Assembly: GCA_965237525.1 (NCBI GenBank)
Contig: CBDEFO010000006.1
Span: 413,434-477,433, forward strand
Direction: 5' to 3'
From: Candidatus Latescibacterota bacterium
Lineage (GTDB): Bacteria; Latescibacterota; CBDEFO01
DNA length: 64,000 nt
Shown: positions 1 through 9,259 of the stretch, in pieces
Position numbering within the stretch: the first letter of the stretch is position 1
How the letters are laid out: every line of letters begins with the position of its first letter
Made by a program: the position numbers and the translations under genes
The notes under the pieces: model-generated
The model's input: the letters and a program-made list of their open reading frames with translations, nothing else
Database searches by the model: none
Told to the model about the DNA's origin: nothing

Positions 1-308
1 GCAGCGGCAGGTTTATATCTTATCGTGCCTAACAGAGTAGCTGCCGCAAGTCGGATATTGTTCCTTTCACCTTTGTGCTCTCTGAAGTTCTTGCCTGTGT
101 ACCACGCGTCTGGAAGCCAGACGATTATCTTTCTGGCCGATGTCCTGTCAAATTCGATCAGTTTTTGCATCGTTTTGTTCCACACATCTGATCCTTTTGG
201 AGCCCAGGCTGCTCTGTCTATTTCATTCCTTATCTGCTCATCGGTGGTGGCACATCCAGATGCCAACAAAACGACAGAAAGGAACATCAACACTTTAAAT
301 GTGGGCAT
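1..308 (-). CDS. Lipoprotein, possibly HEAT-repeat type (partial, runs off window start)
   Basis: My translation from ATG 308: MPTFKVLMFLSVVLLASGCATT (lipobox LASGC)...NIRLAAATLLGTIRYKPAA; AAGGAGG RBS upstream; not in ORF track because it has no stop in the window. Confidence 0.65.
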   Translation of the reverse strand, partial: MPTFKVLMFLSVVLLASGCATTDEQIRNEIDRAAWAPKGSDVWNKTMQKLIEFDRTSARKIIVWLPDAWYTGKNFREHKGERNNIRLAAATLLGTIRYKPAA

Positions 309-325
309 ATCTTCCTCCTTAAAGA

Positions 326-510
326 AGTAGACAGTAGGCAGCAGACAGTAGACAGGGGAACACTTCCCCTCCCTGGAGATTGTCCCCGATTGCTTCGCTT
401 GGCTGGCAATGACAGTCGTAAGGGACTTACAGTGACGTTGCTTAGGTCTGTCATTTCCAAGGGTGTCCTCAGCGTCATAGCAAGGGCGCTCGCCCCGAAG
501 TAATCTCCCC
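326..510. repeat. Intergenic repeat cluster: AGTAGAC-type heptamers plus GATTGCTTCG...GCAATGAC repeat
   Basis: agtagacagtaggcagcagacagtagacag and gattgcttcgcttggctggcaatgac; relatives at 25750, 27583, 30165, 40056, 41998. Confidence 0.7.
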
Positions 511-518
511 GTATCCTG

Positions 519-1460
519 TCAAACAGCCTTCTTATAGATTTCCAGCCGGGTGCCTTTAAAAGGCTCCAGTCTCTTTACTAGAGCGTCCATTTCCTCTTTT
601 GACATCGGGCTGAAAGATTTAGCAGAGTTTACGTTCTCCTCTAAAAACCGCACCTTTTCGCACCCGGATATAATCATTGACACAGGGAGACTCCAGACAT
701 ATCTGAGACATTCTCCAGCGGTCGCCGCGCCCTTTGTGACCAGATTGCCCCCTGCTGTGGTCTTCATAGCCAAAACGCCTACGTCATTCTTGACCAGCTC
801 CGGAAGGATATGCTCTATAAAGCTTAAATAGTAAGGATCTACGGGGTTTATGGGCATCTGGAAGGTGGATAGATGCTCGAGGTACTTCAGGGCCTCCAAG
901 AACGCCTGTGGATCGCGATGACCTGTTATTCCTATATACCTTATCTTTCCCTCTCTTTTTGCCCTATCGGCGGCCTCCATCGCTCCGCCGGGCCCGAAGA
1001 TGGTTTGCACCTCTCCAGGGGTATCTATCCCGTGAAACTGCCAGAGGTCTATGTAATCGGTATTGAGGCGTCTCAGGCTCTCGTGGATGTGATCCCACGC
1101 CACTTTTTGCCCTCTGTTCGTATCTTTGCTCATCACGAAGACATCTTTCCTTCTTTTCCCCAGTGCCCTGCCCAACCTCTCCTCGCTTAGGCCGCGGCCG
1201 TAGTTCCAGGCGTTGTCGAAGAAGTTGACCCCCAAGTCCAGGGCCTTATGCACGATCCTCTGTGCCCCCTCCTCATCGGGCTGGCTCAAATGGGCTCCGC
1301 CGAGTCCGATTATGGTCACCATCTGGTCGGTCTTTCCGAGACGCCTTTTAGGTATCTCGTCTCCCCCGAGCTGGCTTTCGGCGAAGCTCTCCGCATAACT
1401 GCCGAGTCCGATGCCGACCGACCCGGTAAGGGTGCTTTTAAGAAAATCTCTTCTGTCCAT
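519..1460 (-). CDS. Aldo/keto reductase with Tat signal
   Basis: MDRRDFLK twin-Arg motif; GLGG, FFDNAWNYG, LNTDYIDLWQFH, GKIRYIGITGH motifs. Confidence 0.9.
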   Translation of the reverse strand: MDRRDFLKSTLTGSVGIGLGSYAESFAESQLGGDEIPKRRLGKTDQMVTIIGLGGAHLSQPDEEGAQRIVHKALDLGVNFFDNAWNYGRGLSEERLGRALGKRRKDVFVMSKDTNRGQKVAWDHIHESLRRLNTDYIDLWQFHGIDTPGEVQTIFGPGGAMEAADRAKREGKIRYIGITGHRDPQAFLEALKYLEHLSTFQMPINPVDPYYLSFIEHILPELVKNDVGVLAMKTTAGGNLVTKGAATAGECLRYVWSLPVSMIISGCEKVRFLEENVNSAKSFSPMSKEEMDALVKRLEPFKGTRLEIYKKAV

Positions 1461-1508
1461 TTGTTTCCCCTTTCGTAGAAGAGATGTAACCTTGCCCTTA
1501 CTTCGCCA

Positions 1509-2228
1509 TTATAATATCCCTAACGGCGGCGTCATCCATATCTCGTCTGTAGTTATCCCCTCGCTCTGGTATAGCACAAATAGGACGGTCTCAGCCACCC
1601 TTTCTGGCGGCGTCATATCTTCTCTTGAGGGCTTTTCTTCTATGCTATCCCAAAAGGGGGTATCCGTGGCTCCGGGGCACACAGCTGTGACCCTTATGCC
1701 TTTGTCTCTTACCTCCTCTGACAAAACCTTTGTAAATCCCAAAGCACCGAACTTGGAGGCGCAGTATCCACTGGCAAATTTGAAGGGCACTCTCGCCGCG
1801 ATGGAGATGACGTTCACGATGTGCCCTTTCCCTCTTTCGAGCATAGGCACAAGGCCGTATTTGGAGCAAAGATACATTCCCTTTAAATTTGCGTCCATCA
1901 TCCTGTCCCAGTCCTCCGTCTTCGACTCTGTGATAGAGCCAAAGACTCCGAATCCGGCAGAGTTGCAAAGGAAGTTGATGCGGCCGTAGCGCGAAATAGC
2001 TCTTTCTATGAGATTTTCCACCTGGTTTTCATCTGTTATATCCGTGCGGACAGGAAAAGCGTCTCCCCCTTTACTCTGTATCTCATCTGCCGTCAGTGCA
2101 AGATCCTGCTCAGTCCGAGCCGCAAGGACTACACTTGCACCCTCTTGAGCCAGGAGCACGGCGACCTGCCTGCCTATCCCCCTGCTTGCTCCCGTCACCA
2201 CTGCTACTTTACCCGCAAGGTCACCCAT
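1509..2228 (-). CDS. Short-chain dehydrogenase/reductase
   Basis: TGASRGIG, NSAG, YCASK motifs. Confidence 0.9.
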   Translation of the reverse strand: MGDLAGKVAVVTGASRGIGRQVAVLLAQEGASVVLAARTEQDLALTADEIQSKGGDAFPVRTDITDENQVENLIERAISRYGRINFLCNSAGFGVFGSITESKTEDWDRMMDANLKGMYLCSKYGLVPMLERGKGHIVNVISIAARVPFKFASGYCASKFGALGFTKVLSEEVRDKGIRVTAVCPGATDTPFWDSIEEKPSREDMTPPERVAETVLFVLYQSEGITTDEIWMTPPLGIL

Positions 2229-2233
2229 ACAAG

Positions 2234-3121
2234 CTATTCTCCCAAATATTCAAAGCAGCTTTTGGGCGTTTCCCAGAGCCTGATCTTATAGAGCGAACCC
2301 CGGGGCATCTGCTCATTTAACAGATCCCATATAACCATAACCACGTTCTCGGACGTCGGGTTCAAATCCTTGAACTCTGCCACGTCCATATTCAGATGCT
2401 TGTGGTCGAGCCTTTTTATTATCCTGTCCTCGACCACGCTGTCTACATAGCCCAGATCTACTGCCATTCCCGTTTTGGGGTCTATCTCTCCCTTAACGAG
2501 AACCTCCAAGCGGTAGTTGTGCCCGTGACCGTTGGGGTTGTTGCATTTTCCGAACAACTCTTTGTTCTCCTCGTCGCTCAACTTTTGACTGTGGAGCCTG
2601 TGAGCCGCGCAAAAATCGAAGATCCTCGTAAGGTATACCATCTTGTTCTCACTTCCGTAGTATTCTGAAAGCAGGTTCTCCTCCTCCTCCACTCTGACCT
2701 TGAATAGCTTGCACGTTTCTATCTTTTCCTCCAACCGATCCCATAGATATATGGCTAGGTTCTCTGTGGTGGGGTTTTTATCTTTGAAATACGGATGGTC
2801 CTCGTTTATGAACTTGTGATCCAGTTCGCTGTTTATAACGCTCTTCATTATGTCGTCCAGGCCCTTGATATCCATCACCATCCCGGTTGAAGGCTCTACC
2901 TTCCCTGCCACCGTGGCCTCACAGACGTAGTTGTGCCCGTGTCCGTGGGGATTGTAGCACTTGCCGAAAAGTCTCAGGTTTTCCTCCTTTGAAAGGTCCG
3001 GGTCACAGTAGCGGTGCGACGCCTCAAATGCCACTGTGCGGGATAAAAATACCGTATCTTTTTCCCCAGAAAGTTCTCCGTTGCGTTCCAAAACTTGTGG
3101 GGAGTCCCGTTCGCTCATCAT
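2234..3121 (-). CDS. 6-pyruvoyl-tetrahydropterin / 6-carboxytetrahydropterin synthase, tandem two-domain form
   Basis: Two T-fold domains each with C-x-N-P-x-G-H-G-H-N-Y, LDHK and PT(T/S)EN; start placed at ATG 3121, overlapping the permease stop (ATGA). Confidence 0.85.
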   Translation of the reverse strand: MMSERDSPQVLERNGELSGEKDTVFLSRTVAFEASHRYCDPDLSKEENLRLFGKCYNPHGHGHNYVCEATVAGKVEPSTGMVMDIKGLDDIMKSVINSELDHKFINEDHPYFKDKNPTTENLAIYLWDRLEEKIETCKLFKVRVEEEENLLSEYYGSENKMVYLTRIFDFCAAHRLHSQKLSDEENKELFGKCNNPNGHGHNYRLEVLVKGEIDPKTGMAVDLGYVDSVVEDRIIKRLDHKHLNMDVAEFKDLNPTSENVVMVIWDLLNEQMPRGSLYKIRLWETPKSCFEYLGE

Positions 3122-4086
3122 TCTCTCCTGTAGGGTCTGGCTAAGGCAGCAGGCGCTGTGGAGCGTCCCACGAATCCCGCTAAAACCAACAGTGTAAGGA
3201 TGTAGGGCAACATCAAAAAGAACTGGTAGGGGACATCCAGTCCCAAGGCCTGAAACTGAAACTGAAGGGCGTTGGCGGCTCCGAAAAAGAGCGCCGCTCC
3301 TAACGCCCCCCACGGATGCCACTTTCCGAATATGACGATAGCTAACGCTATAAATCCTCTCCCTGCGGACATCCCCTCAATGAACGTGTTTGAATACGCC
3401 AGCGAAAGATAACTCCCCGCACAGCCCGCCGCAAATCCGCTTATAAGGATGCATATATAGCGCATCTTCACCACGTCTATGCCCGATGTGTCCGCCGCCT
3501 GTGGATGCTCTCCAACCGCTCTGATGTGAAGCCCCACCCTCGTCCTAAATAGTATAAACGCAGCTATCGGTACAGACACGAAGGCCATATAGACAAGCAG
3601 GTTGTGCTGGAAGAATACCGGTCCGAAAAAGGGTATGTCCTTTATGAAGGGAATTTTTTCTGTCTGGAACGTCTCCACCATCAGTGCCGCGCCCGTAACG
3701 CCGAACATCGCTCTGTACAGGACTCCCGTTATCCCTAAGGCGAATATATTGACTGCCGTCCCGACCACGACCTGATCTGCGCCGAGTGAGATGGACAAAA
3801 GGGAGAATATAAGGGCTAAGGCCACACCTCCTAAAGATCCTACGATAAGGCCGACCCAGGGATTACCTGTACAATATGAGCCGACCATCCCGAAGAAGGC
3901 ACCAGATAGCATCATCCCCTCAAGCCCGATGTTTATGACACCTGAGCGTTCTGCAAATATCTCCCCAACTGACGTCATCAACAGGGGAACGGACATCGTG
4001 ACCGCTGACCTCGAAAAGCTCGTAAAGATTAGGTATAGACTTCCTAACTCCAAGTTATTTCCTCTTTTCAAGCAGACAGCCAACAC
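3118..4086 (-). CDS. ABC transporter permease (nucleoside/sugar, BPD_transp_2)
   Basis: ERSGVINIGLEGMML, RAVGEHPQAADTSGI, GRGFIALAIVIFGKW. Confidence 0.88.
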   Translation of the reverse strand: MLAVCLKRGNNLELGSLYLIFTSFSRSAVTMSVPLLMTSVGEIFAERSGVINIGLEGMMLSGAFFGMVGSYCTGNPWVGLIVGSLGGVALALIFSLLSISLGADQVVVGTAVNIFALGITGVLYRAMFGVTGAALMVETFQTEKIPFIKDIPFFGPVFFQHNLLVYMAFVSVPIAAFILFRTRVGLHIRAVGEHPQAADTSGIDVVKMRYICILISGFAAGCAGSYLSLAYSNTFIEGMSAGRGFIALAIVIFGKWHPWGALGAALFFGAANALQFQFQALGLDVPYQFFLMLPYILTLLVLAGFVGRSTAPAALARPYRRE

Positions 4087-4143
4087 GGGAAGGCAGGGAT
4101 ACCTACATACTGTCTATTTGCCTTGTCTTATACGTAACGTGGG

Positions 4144-4512
4144 TTACTCGATAAAGATAATTGCCTTTGCTTCCCCTCTTTTCCAGTCCCTGGTCTTGTG
4201 TTCAGCAGAAGTGATCTTCACATCGACAATAGCGTCGGCCCCGTTCTTTCTGGCCACCTCCTTTAAGAGTTGAACTATCTCTTCAGGTCTGACCAGATCC
4301 CAGTGAGATTCGGAATCGGCTTCTTTTTCAGCGTATACCATCCCAATCATCTCAAATTCTTCCGTGGGAAGATCACCCTCAAAGAAGACCAAGACATCGT
4401 ATTCCTCAGGCTTCGAAGGATATTCTTCACGTCCGCTCCTGACAAAGTCGGTGAGCGTTGCACCGCATCCGCACAATAAGAATAGGCAGAACGCTGCAAG
4501 AAATTTTGGCAT
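4144..4512 (-). CDS. Small lipoprotein (YbjQ/heavy-metal-binding-like fold)
   Basis: Signal MPKFLAAFCLFLLCGC; C-terminal LKEVARKNGADAIV...GEAKAI; true start likely 4512. Confidence 0.6.
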   Translation of the reverse strand: MPKFLAAFCLFLLCGCGATLTDFVRSGREEYPSKPEEYDVLVFFEGDLPTEEFEMIGMVYAEKEADSESHWDLVRPEEIVQLLKEVARKNGADAIVDVKITSAEHKTRDWKRGEAKAIIFIE

Positions 4513-4519
4513 GTCTTTT

Positions 4520-4650
4520 CTCTTTCCTAAGTCAGCACAAACCATCTCTGTTATCTGAAATTCTTCCGCGGGACGATCATCCTCAAAGAAGACCAAGACA
4601 TCGTATTCCTTAGGGTATTCCTCAAGCTTCGGAAGATATTCCCGCAGGAG
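4520..4650 (-). pseudogene. Degenerate partial copy of the adjacent lipoprotein gene (middle part)
   Basis: ctcaaagaagaccaagacatcgtattcct and flanks duplicate 4345-4430. Confidence 0.7.
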
Positions 4651-4670
4651 ATCACCGCCGGTTTACGATG

Positions 4671-5552
4671 CTAGGCATCACCGTGCGCAGTCGCGCGTAC
4701 CACCTCGGGGAACCATTCGTCGAAGGGCGTGAAGTGAAATCCCTCACGCTCCGTCTTGGCCATATCCAGCGTCCAATCGTCCTCGGAGTACCAATAAGGC
4801 GAATGGTCCAGCTTCCTGCCGCGCGGGACTAACTTCGGCGCCTGTCCCAAAACCTGCGCAATCCGTTCGACCATCTCGGCAGCATCTAAAGCATAGGTGG
4901 ACGCACCGTTATAGGGACCGACGCGACCCGTAAGCCCCAGCCATACCAGAAACCGGCCGGCGTCGTTGGCTTCGACGTAGGTCAGCCGCCCGCACGGCCT
5001 GCGTACCACGATCGGCTTCCGCTGCATCACCCGCTCGACGTGGAACTGGACCCGAGCCGTGGGGTCATCTGGTCCCAGAACGATGGGGAATCGTGCCGCC
5101 GCAACCGGGAACGACGCGTGTTGAAAGAGATACGCTTCTGCCCGTTTTTTGCCCTCGGAATAGCCCAGTTTCGTCTTGCGTCCACTTCCCGGTGAGATAG
5201 ACATAGGATCGAAAGCCTCTTCTATCAGACGCGAACCTGGAAAGGCATATACCGCATTGCTGGAGGTAAAGACGTAGTGACCAATCTTGCCCGCAAAGAC
5301 ACGGCAGGCATCTGCCACGTCGTCCGGCGCAAAGCCGATCTGGTCAAAGACCGTGTCGTAGCGTGAAGCCGAAAACACCGCCTCCATGCTGGAAAGGCTG
5401 GTTCGGTCGAAACGCAGCCGCGCGACTCGATCTCCAAAAGAGTCAGGTGTGCGTCCGCGGGTGGCGATCGTCACCTGACACCCTTCGTCCAGCAGATGCG
5501 TGACAAGCCTTTTGCCAAAGAACGTGGTGCCACCCATGATCAAGACATTCAT
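4671..5552 (-). CDS. NAD-dependent epimerase/dehydratase family protein
   Basis: GGTTFFG, YVFTSS, YSEGK motifs; more GC-rich than neighbours. Confidence 0.85.
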   Translation of the reverse strand: MNVLIMGGTTFFGKRLVTHLLDEGCQVTIATRGRTPDSFGDRVARLRFDRTSLSSMEAVFSASRYDTVFDQIGFAPDDVADACRVFAGKIGHYVFTSSNAVYAFPGSRLIEEAFDPMSISPGSGRKTKLGYSEGKKRAEAYLFQHASFPVAAARFPIVLGPDDPTARVQFHVERVMQRKPIVVRRPCGRLTYVEANDAGRFLVWLGLTGRVGPYNGASTYALDAAEMVERIAQVLGQAPKLVPRGRKLDHSPYWYSEDDWTLDMAKTEREGFHFTPFDEWFPEVVRATAHGDA

Positions 5553-5649
5553 TCGGCTACTGCACCTCACTCATCTGAGGCCACCATCGAGTGCGACAGC
5601 ATCCTGAGGTCACGCGTTGGCTCCGCAGCGGGGATGCGCAGCCCGCCTC

Positions 5650-5787
5650 GCTTTTGACAAAGTGCGTTAGTGTTGCATCGGATCCGCAAAGTGCACCGAG
5701 GAATAGCACTGCAGAAAAGTTGGGCACGTCTCTTCTCTCTCCTGATGAAAGTCCGTGAAGTATACTTGTCTGCGCCAGAATTCCCAA
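5650..5787 (-). pseudogene. Degenerate 5' copy of the 4144-4512 lipoprotein gene
   Basis: RRDVPNFSAVLFLGALCGSDATLTHFVKS aligns with RKDMPKFLAAFCLFLLCGCGATLTDFVRS. Confidence 0.65.
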
Positions 5788-5797
5788 TTGTGTAATA

Positions 5798-6955
5798 TCA
5801 ATGCCGACTATCGATCAGTCTCTTAATAGCTTTGTTCTTTTCGCTAACTGCAATACGGCTCTTGTTCACTACCTCTTTCATTATAGAAATAGTCTTATCG
5901 TAGGTCGTGCAGTCAACTGGATACGGAGTGGCATCTTTGCCGCCGTGAGCAAAGGAGTAGCGGGCCGGGTCTTCATACGAGGGCACCGCGCCGTAAAGAA
6001 TCTCTGCCACCAGCGCAAGAGCCCGCACTGTTTTAGGACCGACGCCGCGGGTGGCTAGCAACTGCTCGTAATTTTCAGGCACCTTGTCGCAAAGTTTGGC
6101 CAATATTTTCTCCAGATACTTGCTTTTGGCGAAATCCTCGTATATAACGGGATGAAATTTAAATTCTCTATTTTCTAAGTTTAGCAGACTTATTTCTTCG
6201 TCTTCGAATCGAAGCGCAACCATTTGGCTTAAAGGCGAGGAGTGCTTACGGATGATCTCTATTTCCTTCATCAGTGGTCGGTAACCTTCGCCGATGACCT
6301 TGACGCTCGTTTCGCGCGTATCGGTGCTCTTCCTAGCGGTCAAATTGAGCGTCATCTGTCGCCCTTTTTGTGAAACGATGCCGACGTGCGGTTCACAGAC
6401 CAGATCTTTGATATTCTCCGAAAACCAGTGGTAGCGTCTGGCTGTGGCGTTGGCTTCGTTCATGCCCTGCTGCACAACTGCCCAGGAACCGTTTCGTGAA
6501 AAGAAGAAGCTGTGATGATAGATTTGATAATCGTCTTGCACCAGTGAGCTGTCTACTTTGGCGCTCATGCGGGAATTATAGACCAGGTTTTCTATATGCG
6601 GATCGGGCAAGCTTAATCTCTCTCCCCAGGATTGGATTTCGTCTGGGGTTTTTCGTGAGGTTCTGCCCTTGCCGCCGCAGATGAAGATGCCCAGGTCGCG
6701 CTCCTGCCCGCGAATTGCTTCTTTGAGCGAGGCGGTCAGAATTGTTGTCAGGCCCGAGGCATTCCAATCGAAAGCCAGCACCGTTCCCAGCGATTGAAAC
6801 CAGACCGGGTCTGCGATGCGTTTGACAAATTCATCCGGTCCGTGCTCAATTACAATCACCCGCGCCATCTCCCGCCCTAACTTAACCATGCGTTCAAACA
6901 ACCAGCGCGGACAGCGGCCGGTGTCCAGCGTAAATGTGGCGATGCCTCGTTTCAT
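5798..6955 (-). CDS. DUF763 domain protein
   Basis: DPVWFQSLGTVLAFDWNASG, SAKVDSSLVQD, VVQQGMN, ARYSFAHGGKD family motifs. Confidence 0.85.
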   Translation of the reverse strand: MKRGIATFTLDTGRCPRWLFERMVKLGREMARVIVIEHGPDEFVKRIADPVWFQSLGTVLAFDWNASGLTTILTASLKEAIRGQERDLGIFICGGKGRTSRKTPDEIQSWGERLSLPDPHIENLVYNSRMSAKVDSSLVQDDYQIYHHSFFFSRNGSWAVVQQGMNEANATARRYHWFSENIKDLVCEPHVGIVSQKGRQMTLNLTARKSTDTRETSVKVIGEGYRPLMKEIEIIRKHSSPLSQMVALRFEDEEISLLNLENREFKFHPVIYEDFAKSKYLEKILAKLCDKVPENYEQLLATRGVGPKTVRALALVAEILYGAVPSYEDPARYSFAHGGKDATPYPVDCTTYDKTISIMKEVVNKSRIAVSEKNKAIKRLIDSRH

Positions 6956-7009
6956 GGTTTTATATTGTCAGCGTTGAGCGCGACCGATACTTTGAAAGAA
7001 ATGTTCTCT

Positions 7010-7100
7010 TCAAATGATCCAGTTTTCAATTCTTAGCCTTTGACTTCTAAGAAAATCAGTATCGGCTGAGCAAAGAGTAATGATGTTTGTATGAGTGTTG
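7010..7100 (-). pseudogene. VapC/PIN toxin C-terminal relic
   Basis: Reverse strand reads ...TNIITLCSADTDFLRSQRLRIENWII*; nucleotide-similar to 8901-8960. Confidence 0.55.
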
Positions 7101-7119
7101 CATTCCCTGAAGCAAATGA

Positions 7120-8233
7120 TCAGGTAGTGAGTAGTCTTGTCAGTTCTGGCAAGATATCGTCAGCGAGACCCTCGACAAACCAGTCTTGTGCATGCATGAA
7201 GCCCGGCCTTTCTGGATCTATGACGGCGATTTGGAGACCATTGTCTCGGGCATAATCCAGCAGACCGTTATCTGCATCCATCGACACGCCTGTAACCAAG
7301 GCTACCTGACCTTCCCGAATCCAAGCCCGTCCCTCATCTGAGCCCTTAAAGTACTTAGGTTCGTTGATATGCACTTTTTTGCTGCCGGCCCGTTCGTGCA
7401 GCATGTCAAAGTTGCCCGTAATGATGTGTTTCAGTATCCCGTGTTGCTCCAACTTTGCGAAAGCTCCGTGAGCCTGGGTGGGACAAGCTGTCATGAAACG
7501 GGTATAGAACCTTCCAAGTACTAAAGCCGTCTCACGAGGTCGGTGTATCATCCAATCAGCAACGGCACCAGGAAAACGGTAAATGTCAATAGGAAATTGC
7601 TCCTGCAGCCCGCCTTTCCCTTCGAACGTGGGAATGCCTGAGGAAGCCGATACGCCGGCACCTGTGAACGCGACCATGGCCTTAACCTCGAGTGCGCTGT
7701 GCAAGTTCTACCACATCAACAACCTCAGCCTGCTCAGGGGCTTGCTCTGGATTTACAGGATAGTAACCCCCTGGCGTTTGCTTCACAGACTTCTGACGGG
7801 CACGCTCAGAGCGGAGTTCAAAGTTATCATTGAAATAAGGCTCTCTAAATAAGGTAGGATCGTCGTGTGAGAGCAACAGATGCGTTGCAACCGTTCCATC
7901 ACGCGTTGGTTCCGAAAAAAACTCCAACCTAAACTCCTCCCAGGCTGCATCGATCCGGTTTTCCTGGCGCAGTGTGGCAGACCACCGGTTGCCCATCATA
8001 GTCTGTCGCAGGCCACTAATCTCTGCAATCATCTCGTCCTCTTCGTGTTCACAGGAATGAGCTACCAGAAGGTTTGCCAAGTCAACCTGCCCATCGCTAG
8101 AAATATCAAACTCACCGTAGAATCCGAAAAAACCCGATGGTCCTCCAAAGTTGAAATCCATTCCATAAAAACCGCCTGTTTTTCTTTGATACCACTCCAG
8201 CTGTTCGGTGGTTATTTGAGTCAGCCAAATCAT
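7120..8233 (-). pseudogene. Sir2/sirtuin-domain protein with N-terminal extension, apparently frameshifted near 7690 (or two overlapping ORFs)
   Basis: FTGAGVSASSGIPTF and ITGNFDMLHERAGS in 7120-7704; no CxxC Zn subdomain; upstream ORF 7682-8233 overlaps in another frame. Confidence 0.6.
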
Positions 8234-8404
8234 ATGTCCTCAATTCCTTTTCCCATGTCCTCTAACGTCTCGTCCATCCACGAACGGCCGAAGGCCGCTG
8301 CCCCCAAGGGTCAAGGAGCGAAGGGACGCAGCGTGGATGGTGCTGTTAGACGTCGTGGCTCCAGAATCATCGGTCAACTTCGCGCCACCGGTCAATCCGT
8401 TGAC

Positions 8405-8461
8405 CCTTGGGGGGACCGGTGGATGGGCAAGATCAAGATACTCTGTCCAATCAAAACTCAC
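8405..8461 (-). pseudogene. Truncated HEPN-type toxin N-terminus
   Basis: MSFDWTEYLDLA start coupled to the upstream ORF stop; then becomes unrelated sequence. Confidence 0.5.
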
Positions 8462-8823
8462 AGAAACTCCACATCAATACAAAGATCGCCCTTCGACCTA
8501 TCCATAGCGTCTAACCACCATTCATCATCTAATAGATCCAACTTATCCAGGGCGTCATCTGGCTGAAGATTTGTACCGATGAAGATGAACAACTCGCGAT
8601 CATCGGCTGCTTCGGGATCAGTTACGACTTGAAGAAACACCTGTTGATTTGATCGAAAGTGTTGCTCGATATGGCTGGAAGCTTCGAACAATAGCGGGAC
8701 AAGAAACGAATGAGCCTGTAGAAAAGAGGACACCTGTTGTGGGTTTCGGAAGGTATAACGTTGCTGAAGTGTTCTGATGTTTTTCTCCTCTACAACCGGT
8801 GGATTTTTATATTTTCTGCTCAT
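8458..8823 (-). CDS. Hypothetical protein, probable antitoxin partner of the HEPN relic
   Basis: 121 aa ending DALDKLDLLDDEWWLDA...IDVEFL; overlaps the HEPN-like start. Confidence 0.55.
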   Translation of the reverse strand: MSRKYKNPPVVEEKNIRTLQQRYTFRNPQQVSSFLQAHSFLVPLLFEASSHIEQHFRSNQQVFLQVVTDPEAADDRELFIFIGTNLQPDDALDKLDLLDDEWWLDAMDRSKGDLCIDVEFL

Positions 8824-8900
8824 TTTACACCTGTCTATTCGTCAGATCTATCCTCTGTAACCTCGGATTGTGCGTTATCCCCGGAATTCTCCCGGTCTCC

Positions 8901-9014
8901 TCAAATCAGCCAGTTTTCAATTCTTAGCCCTTGAATTCTATGAAAATCAGTGTCAGCATCTTCATTCTCTTTTACGATCGCTGTAATGATATTTGTATCG
9001 AGTACATAGTTCAT
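8901..9014 (-). pseudogene. VapC PIN toxin with large in-frame internal deletion (37 aa)
   Basis: MNYVLDTNIITAIVKENEDADTDFHRIQGLRIENWLI*: PIN N-terminal LDTN motif joined directly to the C-terminal D.DF.RI.GL.IENW motif. Confidence 0.7.
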
Positions 9015-9208
9015 CCGAAAAGAGGCCTTCTTTTTATCGCTTCTTTGAAGATTTTCATCTGTTCAGGGGTTAAATCACTCAAGAGTCCCGACAAAGACTT
9101 CAGAGCATCGATCCTCTCTTTAATCTTCTCCGGATCCTGTACTTTTGATGCTTGGATAGGTTCGACTGCTTCTGTAGGAATCGGTGGATTTTTATATTTT
9201 CTGCTCAT
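9011..9208 (-). CDS. Small VapB-like antitoxin candidate
   Basis: 65 aa, stop overlaps the vapC-relic start; shares MSRKYKNPP N-terminus with 8458-8823. Confidence 0.5.
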   Translation of the reverse strand: MSRKYKNPPIPTEAVEPIQASKVQDPEKIKERIDALKSLSGLLSDLTPEQMKIFKEAIKRRPLFG

Positions 9209-9259
9209 TTTACGCCTCCCGTCCGCTCAAATAGATGAGCAGTGTGGCAGCGCACCCTT

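Noticed and set aside
2234..3322. 362-aa start for the PTPS gene
   Set aside because: The first 67 codons overlap the permease; the ATGA-coupled start at 3121 is more plausible.
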